DNA from: Peribolospora baueri
Lineage: Eukaryota
Assembly (NCBI GenBank): GCA_029717555.1
Contig: JAMDHS010000025.1
Location: 124,001-188,000 of the forward strand
DNA length: 64,000 nucleotides
Direction: 5' to 3'
Shown: one piece after another, positions 37,115 through 48,520 of the stretch
Numbering within the stretch: the stretch's first letter is position 1
Layout of the letters: each line of letters begins with the position of its first letter
Notes under the pieces: generated by a model
Database searches by the model: none
The model's input: only the letters and a program-made list of their open reading frames with translations
Told to the model about the DNA's origin: nothing
Position numbers and translations under genes: made by a program

Positions 37115-38363
37115 TCACAGCTTGGTGGGGGTCCGCTTCTTGTTCGGATATGCTCCGTTCCAATCTTTTCCGAGGCTGATGAGTGAACGATGGGGTGCGC
37201 GGGGGGGGTTGTGGAGGAGAATGGTGGAGGAGGGTGGGTCAACGGAAGGAAAGAGGCTCTACGTAAGCGAATGCGGCTGGACACGGTGCTCGGATGTGAT
37301 GTCTTTTCTTCAAGGGCCTCAAGGCTCACTAGTACGCAATGCGAACGAAGCTGTCCGTGCCAAAGAAGTGCTGGGCCTGCTCGCCTTCCTGTGTTCAAAG
37401 GTACAAAAGCCAGGAGGCCGACGACAGCAGAGCGGAGGAGGTAGGTTATGAGCCGTCGGGTTTCACGCGCGGTATGTCCATCTTCCGCTTCCGCCCCTGC
37501 TCCCTTTCCCCCTTTCGCCTCGGACAGGAAGGACTCACGCGGATGACTTCCATCCATGGGAAGCCGAATACACCCTTCTCTTTGACGACACGAATGGTGT
37601 CCTCCTTGACGCCGTTCTTGATGCTGTCCTGGCCGATCAGCTCGAGGAGACTGGACAGCTCCTCGCTCGACAGTACGGGCTCGTTCTCTTTGGTCGCCGT
37701 AGAAGGCGAGAGCAGAGCTTCCCGGATGCCATCGGCGGTCTTGGGCGGGCGGTCATGACAGTTGGCCGCTTCGAACAGCCTCTCGGCAACCTTTTCGATC
37801 TTGGAAGGGTCGCGCTGAGCGAGGGCGTAGAGAAAACGGATGGGGACGAGGGAGTTCCAAGGGAACTCGGAAGGCATGCGCATCGGGACGTCGAGGTAGG
37901 CGGAGGCGCGCTTGAGGTCGATGAGCATATATCTGCCCTTGTTCTCCACGGTCATCGGAGGCTTGTTGCCCGAGGCTTGCATGACACCGCCCAGGAAGAG
38001 GGGCTTGAACTGCCTGCGAAGGGGGAAATGGACAGAAATGGGCGGCGAAAAGTTATCACAAGCCGTGAGCAAGGTGCGCTGTAATGCCAAAGAAAAGAAC
38101 ATACGCTCTCCCCGGGTCGCTCTCCTGGTGTCGCTCACAGGTCAATGTCCCATGCCTCTCTGTACCGTCGGAGGACTTGGAAGGCCAACCAGCTCTGTGC
38201 GCGCGGATAAAAGTGGCACCAGGCTCAACGGACTGTCAGCACAAGAGCCGAGCCGACGTGCACGCCTGGGGCAGGTTTGGGGCCCTATGGGACGTGTGTC
38301 GACCAAAGCTGGACTCACCCACGGGGAGACAAGGTCGAAGTAGAGGTTGATCCTCGTAGGCAT
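37115..38363 (-). CDS. GSTK1: glutathione S-transferase kappa / DsbA-like 2-hydroxychromene-2-carboxylate isomerase family, 5 exons, C-terminal TKL
   Basis: Spliced LYFDLVSPW|SWLAFQVLRRY (catalytic Ser motif), PLFLGGVMQASGNKPP, KGVFGFPWM, HFFGTDSF, LGKDWNG..PTKL-TGA. Confidence 0.88.
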
Positions 38364-38839
38364 ATATAGACTAGCGAATATGAGGACTGGAGAAGAGAGA
38401 GAGTAAGGTGCCCTTGGCGAGAGCAAGGGTGATGGCGGCGATGATGGTGATGGTCAACACGAGTGATACCAGAGACAAACACAACGACTCTCGCTCCCGT
38501 CCCCCGCAATCTCCACGCACCTGCGCCGGACGCCGGTGAGCTTTCATCCGGACGCCGATCGCACGTGGTTCTTGCGAAGACCACTTGTGTCGCAGAGAAG
38601 AGTCTTGGACCCGCGATGCATGTAAGCTGGATGGACCAGTATCAACTGCTTATACAGCACACGTAGCGTACTTTACAGTGCCTATCTACAGGAATGGGTG
38701 GGTAAGAATGTCATTACGACTTTGGGCAGGGGTTATTTTAGACCGGAGAGGACACGAGGAGTGAGTGGTGCGAAGGGGAAGAAACCAGCGCAACCTAAGA
38801 GCGGATTACATCGTCGGCAGAAATCATCTCGTTCAACGC

Positions 38840-41528
38840 TTAGACCTCTTTGATCACCTCGTCCTCGTCCCCGTGTCCTCCTTCCTTTCCTAGACCCTGC
38901 CTCGCTGGATGATTCTCAACGAGCACCAAGTTCCTGCCGTCTCCGGAGACGCGCACCTCCACCTCATCGCCCGTCCTCACGGTACCGCGGATGAGCGCGG
39001 CGGCGAGAGGGTTGAGCACCCTCTTCTGCACCAACCGGTTGAGAGGCCGAGCGCCATATGCGGGTTCGTAGCCGTGCTCGGCGAGCCACTCTTTCCCCTT
39101 GTCGTCCACGCGAAGCTTGATTCGCCGGTCTGCCAAACGTTCGTTGAGCTGTGGCAGAGGAAAAAGGCACACGTAGAGACGAGCGGGATCGGTTCAGTTC
39201 GTGGTCCGAACGTGCGAACCACCCGTCTGCGAATACTTACCTCCTTGAGCCGGATGTCGACGATGTCGCGCACCGCCTGTTTCGACAGACGGTTAAAGAC
39301 GATGAGGTCGTCGATGCGGTTGACAAACTCGGGCGGGAAGTGAGCCTGCACGCGACCAATGACTGCGCCCTTGGCCATCTCCGTCACGTTACCGTCCATA
39401 TCGACCGAGCTGGGCTCGTAGAGCACCTCTGCGCCAAGGTTTGAGGTCATGACGACGATGGTGTTGCGGAAGTCCACACGTCGGCCTTGAGAGTCGGTGA
39501 GGAATCCCTCGTCGAGGATCTGAAGGAGGGTAAGGTATACCGGTCGGGCGCATTTCTCAATCTCGTCGAGCAACACGACGCTGTACGGCTTGCGTCGCAC
39601 TTGCTCCGAGAGCTGCCCTCCTTCCTCGTATCCCACGTAGCCTGGCATAGCACCGATGAGTCGGCTGACACTATGTGCCTCCGAGTACTCGGACATGTTG
39701 AGCTGGATGAGGGCAGTATCGGTCTGTAAGGCAACAAAGGGATAATCGGAACAGAGCGGTGATGACCTTGTCAGCCTGTGAACGAACAGTAGCAGAACGA
39801 GACGTAAAACGTGAGGCAGGCGCTTACATCAAACAAGAACTCGGCGAGAGCCTTGCACGTCTCTGTCTTCCCTGTGCCGCTTGAGCCGAGGAACATGAAC
39901 GAAGCCAATGGCCTCTTGGAGGATTGCAACCCTGCCCTCGAGAGCCTGACGGCTTCAGCGATGGCGCAAAGCGCGTGGTCCTGGCCGACTATGCGCTGTG
40001 CGAGCTTCTCTTCGACGTGCAAGAGGCGCTCGCGCTCGCCTTTGACAAGACTCTTGATGGGGATGCCAGTGGCGCGCGACACGACGTGGGCAATATCATC
40101 GCTCGTCACGCGCTCGTGCAATAGCGGCGCGTTGATCTCCGCTTCATCCCCAGACGCCGACGATGCTTTTACACGCTGCGCCAGCTCTTCCTCCTCCGAT
40201 GGTAATTGACGCTCTAGATCCGGAATGGTGCCGTACCGAAGCTCTGACGCACGCTGGAAATCGCCCTCGCGCACCGCCACTTCCAAATCCATCCTGGCCT
40301 TCTCGATGCGCTCCTTCAGCTCCTTGATATGAAGCAGCTTGCCTCTCTCGTCTTGCCAGATCTTAGTGAGCCTGTCTCGCTCCTCCTGCTTCTCCTTAAG
40401 ATCAACCTGCAGCTTCTCCCTGCGCTCCCTGGAGAGCACGTCGTCCTCATTGCGCAAGCTCTCCAGCTCGATCTGCATCGTCATGATCTGTCGGTCCAGT
40501 GCCTCTATCACCTCGGGCTTGCTCTCCTGCTGCAAGCGGAGCGACGAGCAGGCTTCGTCCACCAGGTCGATCGCTCCGTCCGGAAGCTTACGCTCCGAAA
40601 GGAATCGGTGCGCCAGCGTTGCAGCGCTCACAAGGGCCGTGTCGGCGATGGCGACACCATGGTGTACCTCGTACTTGGGTTTGAGGCCTCGTAGGATGGA
40701 CACGGTCGCGGACACGGAGGGTTCGTAGACATGGACAGGCTGGAATCGCCGAGCCAGGGCGGCGTCCTTCTCGATCGTCCTCCTGTATTCGTCAAACGTC
40801 GTCGCCCCGGCACACTGCAAAGTGCCGCGTGCAAGAGCGGGCTTGATCATGTTGCCCGCGTCAAGAGAACCTTCTGCCTTGCCGAGGTTGAGGAGCGTAT
40901 GGATTTCATCGATGAACATGATCACCTTGTTCTGCTCCTCCTCCACGTCGTTAAGAAGCGCCTTGAAGCGCTCTTCGAAGGCACCTCGGAAGGCGGCGCC
41001 GGCGAGCAAACCGGCCAGGTCGATGGCGACGACGCGCTTGCCGTGCATGCTTTCTGGCACCTCCTTGTTCACGATACGCTGCGCAAGGCCCTCCATGATG
41101 CTCGTCTTGCCAACTCCGGCAGGACCAATAAGGACAGGGTTGTTTTTCGTCCGCCGGCTGAGGATCTGGATCGTCCGTCGAATCTCCTCATCCCGCCCGA
41201 TCACTGGGTCGAGCTTCCCTTCCCGCGCGAGTTGGGTTAGATCAGTGGAAAACTGCTTGAGCGTAGCACCTTTCTCCTGCTGAGGCTGTTGATTGGGGTT
41301 CATGCGGAAGCCAGGAAATCCCCCTCCCCCCATTCCTCCCCCAGGTCCGTTCGCATAGTGGCGTCTCTGAGTGAGACGCAGAAGGTTGCGGGTGGTGGTA
41401 GGTCGGGCAACGGCCGTGACATTCGGTCCAGCAACGGTGGCGGTGGCGGCGAAAACGAGCGGCCTTCCCGGAGAAGGGTGGCTGAATTGATGAAACGAGC
41501 TTCTCAGCGTTGCTGTTCTCTGCAGCAT
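38840..41528 (-). CDS. HSP78: mitochondrial ClpB-family disaggregase Hsp78
   Basis: Presequence-like N-terminus with no ClpB N-domain; [60 protein letters not shown]2 [38 protein letters not shown]. Confidence 0.96.
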
Positions 41529-41669
41529 GGCGAACGGGTTACATGGAAGAGAAGACGACGGTGCAGGTCGATAATACTTCGCCGGCTCTCTCTCCTCTCC
41601 ATCACCGGCTTCTCTGACCTTCTCGACCTTGCCAGATGCTTAGTCTCGATCTTGGTTACTCAAACTCGT

Positions 41670-41695
41670 CACGTGAACGCTACGAGTCTCACGTG
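41670..41695. promoter_or_regulatory. paired TCACGTGA E-boxes in the HSP78/LGK bidirectional promoter
   Basis: CACGTG at 41670 and 41690, each inside the palindrome TCACGTGA, in a 400-bp divergent gap. Confidence 0.5.
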
Positions 41696-41928
41696 ACGCA
41701 TTTAGCCGCAGCGGGAGGCCCTCGGCGACCTCGGGCCGATCCCCGCCCGAGGAAGCTTGCTCGGCCTTCGGCGTCCTCCTCACCGAGTCGCCGACCAATA
41801 TTAAAAAGGACCACAAGGTCGTCCTGGACGTCCTTCTTCTATCCTCTTCGCATCTGTGAGCTCCTCCTCTTCCACCACGTCCACTGCCGCTCGTAAAGCT
41901 CTTTTCCTGTGAGAGATCAAACTAGACA

Positions 41929-44005
41929 ATGGCGCCCCAGAGTAGGCCTTTGGACCTCAAGGTCATCGGCCTCAACTCCGGTACCTCGATGGTAAGTGCA
42001 CGAGCCAGAAGATGCAGATACTGGCGCTCGTTGTAGATGCAACCTTTTTTGCGAGCAGCGTAAACGTTCTGTTGCTTTCCGTTGTTTGTTTGCACACTCG
42101 TTTCTGTTTAGCGGCGAAACCTAACCCAAATCTCTGCCGTTTTTTTCCCTTCCCACTCAGGACGGCGTGGACGCTGTGCACGTCCACTTCCGCCAAGAGA
42201 ACCCGGAAGCACCTATGCACATGAAGCTGCTCAACTACGCTGAGATCCCTCTCCCCCAGTGGATTAAAAAGGTGAGCTGTTCAACAGCAACCTGCGCGCG
42301 TTCTTGACGAAGCGAATATACGATTAGAGAGTGCAGCCGTTTAGTTTAACCTGGGCTCTTTTTGACGGATGGCATTGATGATCGCAAACAGCCCGTGCTC
42401 AAGATGATTCAACAGAACACGACCACACCAGAAGAGCTCTGCCAGGTCAACTTCCAGCTGGGAGAAGTGTTCGCGGACGCGGTGCTTAAGTTCTGTGAGG
42501 ACAAGAACATTGACCTTGAGAAGGACGTCGATCTCGTTGGGTCGCACGGACAGACAATTTGGTTGCTTAGGTGAGCTTTTGAGCAGCACAGGGAGGACTC
42601 GGAAGCGAGCACTTGGGTGGTGCGTCTACCTCGCTTCCGGAAGCTGTAAACTCACCTCCTCGTTTGTGTTCCCGTTCCTCCGGATCGCAACAGCATGCCG
42701 AACAAGGACCAGACGAAGTCGGCGCTCACGATGGCCGAGCCTGTGGTCATGGCCGCCAAGCTTGGAAAGACCATCGTCCACGACTTCCGTTCTTCCGAGC
42801 AGGGCGTCGGTCGCCAGGGTGCTCCGCTCGTAGGGTTCCTTGACGCCCTTTCCCTCTGCTGTGGGGACAAGAACCGAGCGAGCCAGAACATCGGTGAGCT
42901 GAATTCCCGGCCTATTTCTTTTGCTACTAATTCTGACGTGCGATGAATGTACCCTTGCTTGTTTCACCTCAGGCGGCATCGCAAACGTTGCCTTCTGCCC
43001 GAAGCACAGCGAGGGCGGCATTGACAGGGTGTTTGACTTTGACACTGGCCCGGGCAACGTCTTCATTGACGCTGCCGTGCGCCACTTCTCCAACGGCGAG
43101 CGCGAGTATGACAAGAACGGTGAGATGGGTGCTAGGGGCAAGGTCAACCAACAGATGGTCGATGAGTTCTTGCAGTTGCCCTATTTCAAGGTGCGTCTCC
43201 CCCGTTCTCATTCGTCACATCGCTTCCTTCTACCAAGCTGATCTATGTATACCGGGTTCTTCTCGTGACGTGCAGCTCGACCCGCCGAAGACGACCGGTC
43301 GGGAGCTGTTCGGCGACGGCGTGGCTCTTGAACTCGTTGCAAAGGGCCAGAAGCTTGGCATGTCCCCCGATGACATCGTGGCCACCATCACCCGCATCAC
43401 TTCCCAGGCGATCGTCGATCACTACAGGCGTTACGGTCCGGACGGCGGAAAGGGCATCGACGAGATCTACATGTGCGGCGGTGGAGCGAAGAACCCGAAT
43501 ATGTAAGTTCTCTTGGCAGCAGTATTCAGCGCTCGTTGACGCTTGAGGGCGAGAAGCCATGCAGCTGATCATAGGTCCGCATTGCTCGGCTGCACGCCTA
43601 CCGACCGCCGCTCCATCAGCACCAACTACATTAAGGAGTGCTTCCCGCAAGCGAGGTTAACGAACCTTGATGAGGCTGGCGTCCCTGCCGATGCCAAGGA
43701 GGCCATCACGTTCGCATGGCAGGCTATGGATGGCATCTTGGGCCGCTCTCTGTTGATTCCGTACGGCCAGGTATGTTCGCTCACATGGACCCTGGGAAGG
43801 CGCCCTCAAGCTCACCATATCCGTCTTATTGCCTACCCCCCTACGTTATCAGGAAAACACTACCCCTTGCATTCCTGGAAAGGTGACCGGCGGTGCCAAC
43901 TACCGCGACCTGATCGAGCGTGCTGTCGACTTCGCGAGGGGCTACCCAGGCTGGCAGGGCACGAACATCCTGCCGCCGGTACGCGAACTCATCATCGACC
44001 ATTGA
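41929..44005 (+). CDS. LGK: levoglucosan kinase / anhydro-N-acetylmuramic acid kinase (AnmK family), multi-exon
   Basis: [78 protein letters not shown] are hallmark AnmK/LGK motifs. Confidence 0.92.
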
Positions 44006-44486
44006 GGCGAAGAGGCCGAAGGCGACGAGTGTGTGGTGTCTTTCATAATGTGTACTTGCCTCGCTGCGGCGGACGACGGATATGTTTGTCGACAGATGTG
44101 TGCTTATTGTAATAGAACCAGCCGGACGCTTCGATGTGGTGGGCGAAGCATGCGGCGAAGCATGCCAATGCAAACCAGCCCTCGAGAGGTCGTCGGCGAC
44201 TGCTGGCGGCCGCAGTGCACGAACCAATTGTGCACGTGATCGGGAATTCGGCTGAAGCCAGCTCCACCTCCACTTGCACGTCTGTTCCGAACGAGACGGT
44301 CGAGTCAGACGTCCTCTCACCCTACACTCGACTTCCATAACATTTAAGAATCGGCTTAGACAGAGATTCGAAGGCAGTCTCACCACACCTGATTTTCCCC
44401 TTCCTTACGGCGCATACTCGCCAGAGCTCTGCATTCATTCATTGCACACCTCTCCTCGGCACGCACGTCATAGGAAGCTCGTCGCC

Positions 44487-45995
44487 ATGTCCGCCGTTCC
44501 TACTCAGAGCATATTGGTCTGTCACACTCTGGTCCACCACGCCTTGGGTCGTTTAGCTTTTGCGAGGCTAAACTGATTTGTGCCGCATACTGTTGTAATT
44601 ATTCTTATCCTCTTTCAGCTCACTGGCGCGTCCGGCTTCGTCGGTGCGCACGTACTCCGCCTTCTCCTCGCCTCCACCAGCCCCACCTACACCGTCAACG
44701 CACCGTTGCGTTCCCAGTCCAAGGTCGATCAAGTGTCCTCCGCCTATCCTCAACACGTCTCCTCCGGCCAGCTCCGCTTCTCCGTCGTTCCCGACATCAC
44801 CGCCCCGGGCGCTTTTGATGAGGCTTTCAAGAAGGCCGGAGATAAAGTAGACGCGGTGGTGCACATTGCTTCGCCGTACACCTACAGCGTGGAGAACACC
44901 GAGGAAGATATGCTCAAGCCTGCTGTCAGGGGAACGTTGGAGATCTTGGAGGCGGCGAAGAGGAAGGGAACGGTGAAGAAGGTGAACCTCACTTGTTTTC
45001 ATGCTTTTGCGCCGGTTGCCGGGAGGGATGGGACGGGTTCTCAGTTCTCACCGAGGCACACGCGTTTTCTGGTCGCTCCCGGTCGTTTGAACAATGGCAG
45101 GTGGTCATCACCAGCTCCTTCGCCGCTATCAACAACAAGCTCGCTGGCGGGCCATTCAGGGACTACTCCTACACTGCCGCCGATTGGAATCCATGTGAGC
45201 CCACCTCTCAGCTGAGCGCTGGCCCATCTGGGCATGTTTATCCCGCAATTTGCTCTTGAGGAATACCCTGATCATGTCCATTCCCCTCTTCTCGCTTCTC
45301 CTTGCGACAGGGACTTACGAAGAAGCGAAAGACTGGCCCGCTCAAAAGGCATACTCGGCGAGCAAGAAGCTAGCGGAAAAGGCCGCGTGGGACTTTCTGG
45401 AGAAGGAGGAGCTCGGGTTCGACCTCGTCACGCTTTGTCCGCCCATGATCTATGTGAGTTTCTCCCATTTTCCTTTTGATCCCTCGTTTCAGGGAAAGCC
45501 CGCCCGCACTCATGTCATCGTTTCATTCTCTCTCTTTCCGCTCTTTCTGTCCTGCTTACTTTCTCCTCGCAGGGTCCACCCGCGCCAGCTCAAGGTGCGA
45601 CACGGGACAATTTGAACGCGTCTAACGCCTTCGTCGCCCATCTGCTCGCAGAGAGCACCACCGTCGTGCCACCCACCGCGCTTCCCCTCAGCGTGGACGT
45701 GCGAGACGTGGCCCTTGCGCACGTCCGCGCTCTCTCCTTGCCCGCAGGGCAGAGCCATCGGCTGCCGCTGCACGGGTATGACGTCTTCTGGACCGATGTG
45801 GTGCGCTACCTCCGAAGCGAACCCGAATTTCAGAAGGCTGGGAAGACTTGGCCGGAGGAGACTGAGGAGAGCAGGCACAATGGTCCGCTGGCGAGGTACG
45901 ACGCGGAAGAGGCAAGGAAGCTGCTCGGATTGGAGTGGACGGATTGGAAAAAGAGCATCGGAGACACCGTTCGCGCTATTCTGTCGTTGCCCTGA
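44487..45995 (+). CDS. NADPH-dependent aldehyde reductase, extended SDR (Gre2/Ari1/dihydroflavonol reductase-like)
   Basis: ILLTGASGFVGAH, VVHIASP, LKPAVRGTLEIL, VVITSSFAA, YSASKKLAEKAAWDF (YxxxK), SVDVRDVALAHV. Confidence 0.9.
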
Positions 45996-46136
45996 TACCG
46001 CTTTCTACACCGGCTCATCTCGCGGTCTGGCGTCCCTTATCTACTTTTGACGTTTTCTCGGTGCGACGTCTGCAGTTTTATCTTACACGCTTTCCAGAGG
46101 ACAATGGAGAGGGCTATGACCTGCGCATAAAGGTGA

Positions 46137-47110
46137 TCAGGAATCGGACGAGCATCCTCGACAGCCTGGCGACGGATATGCAACGGAAAGAAAGGAGTGA
46201 GCGAATAGCCGACACCAATCCGGCGATCAACGAGCAGGAGGACTCACCACAGTGGACACACTCTACCACCGTACCTGGTCGGAGCTGTGCCTTGGGCACT
46301 CGGCAAATGCACGTCGAGCCTTGGTAGTTCATGTCCTGCAGGCAAGTAGGGGTGTGCAACAAAGTACTCATCAGGACGCGTCGCAGGATCGTCCGGAAGG
46401 CAGGGGGGACGATGAGATGAATATGAGCGCCGACTCACTCTGCTCTGAATACATCGCACGCAGCACAGCTTTTCATATCCGGTCTTTTTCCACTTTGCAA
46501 TCAGACTGATAGACGAGTAGGAAACGATGAGTTTCTGTACCTCAACAAATTTGTGCATCCTCCGCAAGCGAGCGCAAAAACCCAGAACCAAAGAGATCAC
46601 ATGCAGACTTACCCGGTATCTGCATACCCCTCCGCCAAAAGCCAGTCATACAACTCCCGGGAGATGGCCTCCCGCTTGTAGTAAAGATCATAGATGTAGC
46701 GAGAGCGCGTGTGTGAAATACGCATGATCGGCCAGAGGGATTCGGTTTTACGCTGTGCAAAAGAAAGAAAACATGGACGGTGAGAAAGGGTGAGGAAGGT
46801 CCAGATGAGGGAGTGGTCGGAACTGCTTGGTCGGAACAAGGGGTGGACCGAGCGATGAAAACGGTAACAAAACGGGACACCCACCTTGCCCTCGTGCGAT
46901 TCGTTCTCCGCATCTCTCATCTTGCGGGCGTAGTCTTCGAGGATATCTGGGAGCAAAGGCGGAACGTGCGGGGTACGATATGGGCAAATTGGGCAGTGAG
47001 CGCGGAGGATCCTATCAGCGCGACGTTCCATTTGGCCCGGATGGCTCACCTTCGATCTCTTCAAAGCCCTCCGGGGGCTTCTTAGTCCGTGACGTCCGCA
47101 CCTTCGGCAT
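46137..47110 (-). CDS. BUD31: pre-mRNA splicing factor Bud31/G10, 6 exons
   Basis: [92 protein letters not shown]. Confidence 0.97.
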
Positions 47111-47542
47111 TATGGTCGTCTATCTGAGGCGATCCCAGCCGGGAGAGAGAGCAGATAGCCAAACCAAAGCGAAGGAAGAAAGCGGAGGCGCGAGTGAATG
47201 ACGACGAGAGGTGGCGGTCGACACGAAGGAGGACGCGCTGAGTCGCGGGGGGGGTTTCACGTGCACAACTCCCACGTGCCGTAGTTATTGCCTGCCGGTC
47301 CGGCTGAGCCGCTTGTCGCCGCAGCCGGACCGCTGCGCCTTTCACGCGCGTCAGACTACGAATGGTGGTTGGTCGTCTGCCCCGCAACGAGACTGGATTG
47401 CTTCTTTTAACCCACCAACTACGTCGTTCCCCCTCCACTCTTGGACCATCACCATCGTCTGCTTGATATCGCATACCACCACGTACTCTATTTCCCTCTC
47501 TCTATCTTCCCAGGACCTTAGCTAGTCACCTCGTCTCTCATC

Positions 47543-48383
47543 ATGTCCGACCTCAAGAGCGCTGTTATTTTCGAGGCCATCCAGTCCGGCCTCGAGAACA
47601 TGGACGCGAAGGAGAAGCAGCAGAACATCAAGAAGGCCAACGGCATCTTCGAGATGCACATCAAGAAGGGCAGCGAGGAGAAGGTCTGGACTATTGACCT
47701 CAAGAAGGTGAGATGGGCCCTGCCACGTCCTCTCAGGTGGCCGTCTTCCAGCCTTGTTCGCTGACCAGTCGGTTTGTCTTCCGAACTGCGTAACACCCCT
47801 TTCTAGGAAGGAAAGGTTTACGAGGGCTCCGCTAAGCCCAAGGCCGATGTGACCATCACCGTCAACGACGGTGAGTAGTACCCGCCAGCGTAGGACCACT
47901 CGCTCGAGGCGGCTTCCGCTGGGGGGATTGTGGCCAATTATAGCCAGACCCATATCTGCTATCTCGTGCTGACAACGGTCAAACCCTCCTGTATCCAACT
48001 TTGGTTGCCGCCCGTTGACCGATCTAGACGTCTTCATGGACCTCGCCGACGGCAAGCTCAACGGCCAGAAGGCGTTCATGTCTGGCAAGCTGAAGGTAGG
48101 TAGTCACATGCTTCGCGCCAAGGCTTGATTACTCGACGATGACCAAGGTCTCGCTCAAAAATTCACTTGTGGTACTATTGCTTCGTCCCTTACCTTCCGT
48201 CCGTCCTTAGGTCAAGGGTGAGTCTTCGGTATTGAAGCTTCCAAAGCAATGAAAACCGTCATCGTGCTGAATATTTACCCATTCTATATTTTTTTTCACT
48301 GTTCCTGGTCCGCTTTTCCAGGCAACATCATGCTCGCGACCAAGCTCGACGGCGTCCTCTCCGGTTACAAGCCCAAGCTCTAA
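47543..48383 (+). CDS. SCP2: SCP2 sterol carrier / peroxisomal fatty-acid-binding protein (POX18-like), 5 exons including a 7-nt microexon
   Basis: WTIDLKK, KADVTITVND, LADGKLNGQKAFMSGKLK|VKG|NIMLATKLD; ends YKPKL-TAA. Confidence 0.92.
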
Positions 48384-48520
48384 GAGGCGCATATGGAATG
48401 GGATTTCTAGACATCACCACTCTACGAGATCCTTTTCTATGTAAGATGCCCCTCCTTGCATGCCATTCGGTCCTTTGTGAATTAGCGAAAGCCGTCGTCG
48501 GCCACCGACTCGAACCGAAT

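Noticed and set aside
43979..44120. GTACGC donor-like site near the LGK C-terminus that might splice to an alternative targeting tail
   Set aside because: Splicing to the downstream CAG or TAG acceptors gives tails with no PTS1; the unspliced frame ends normally at 44005.
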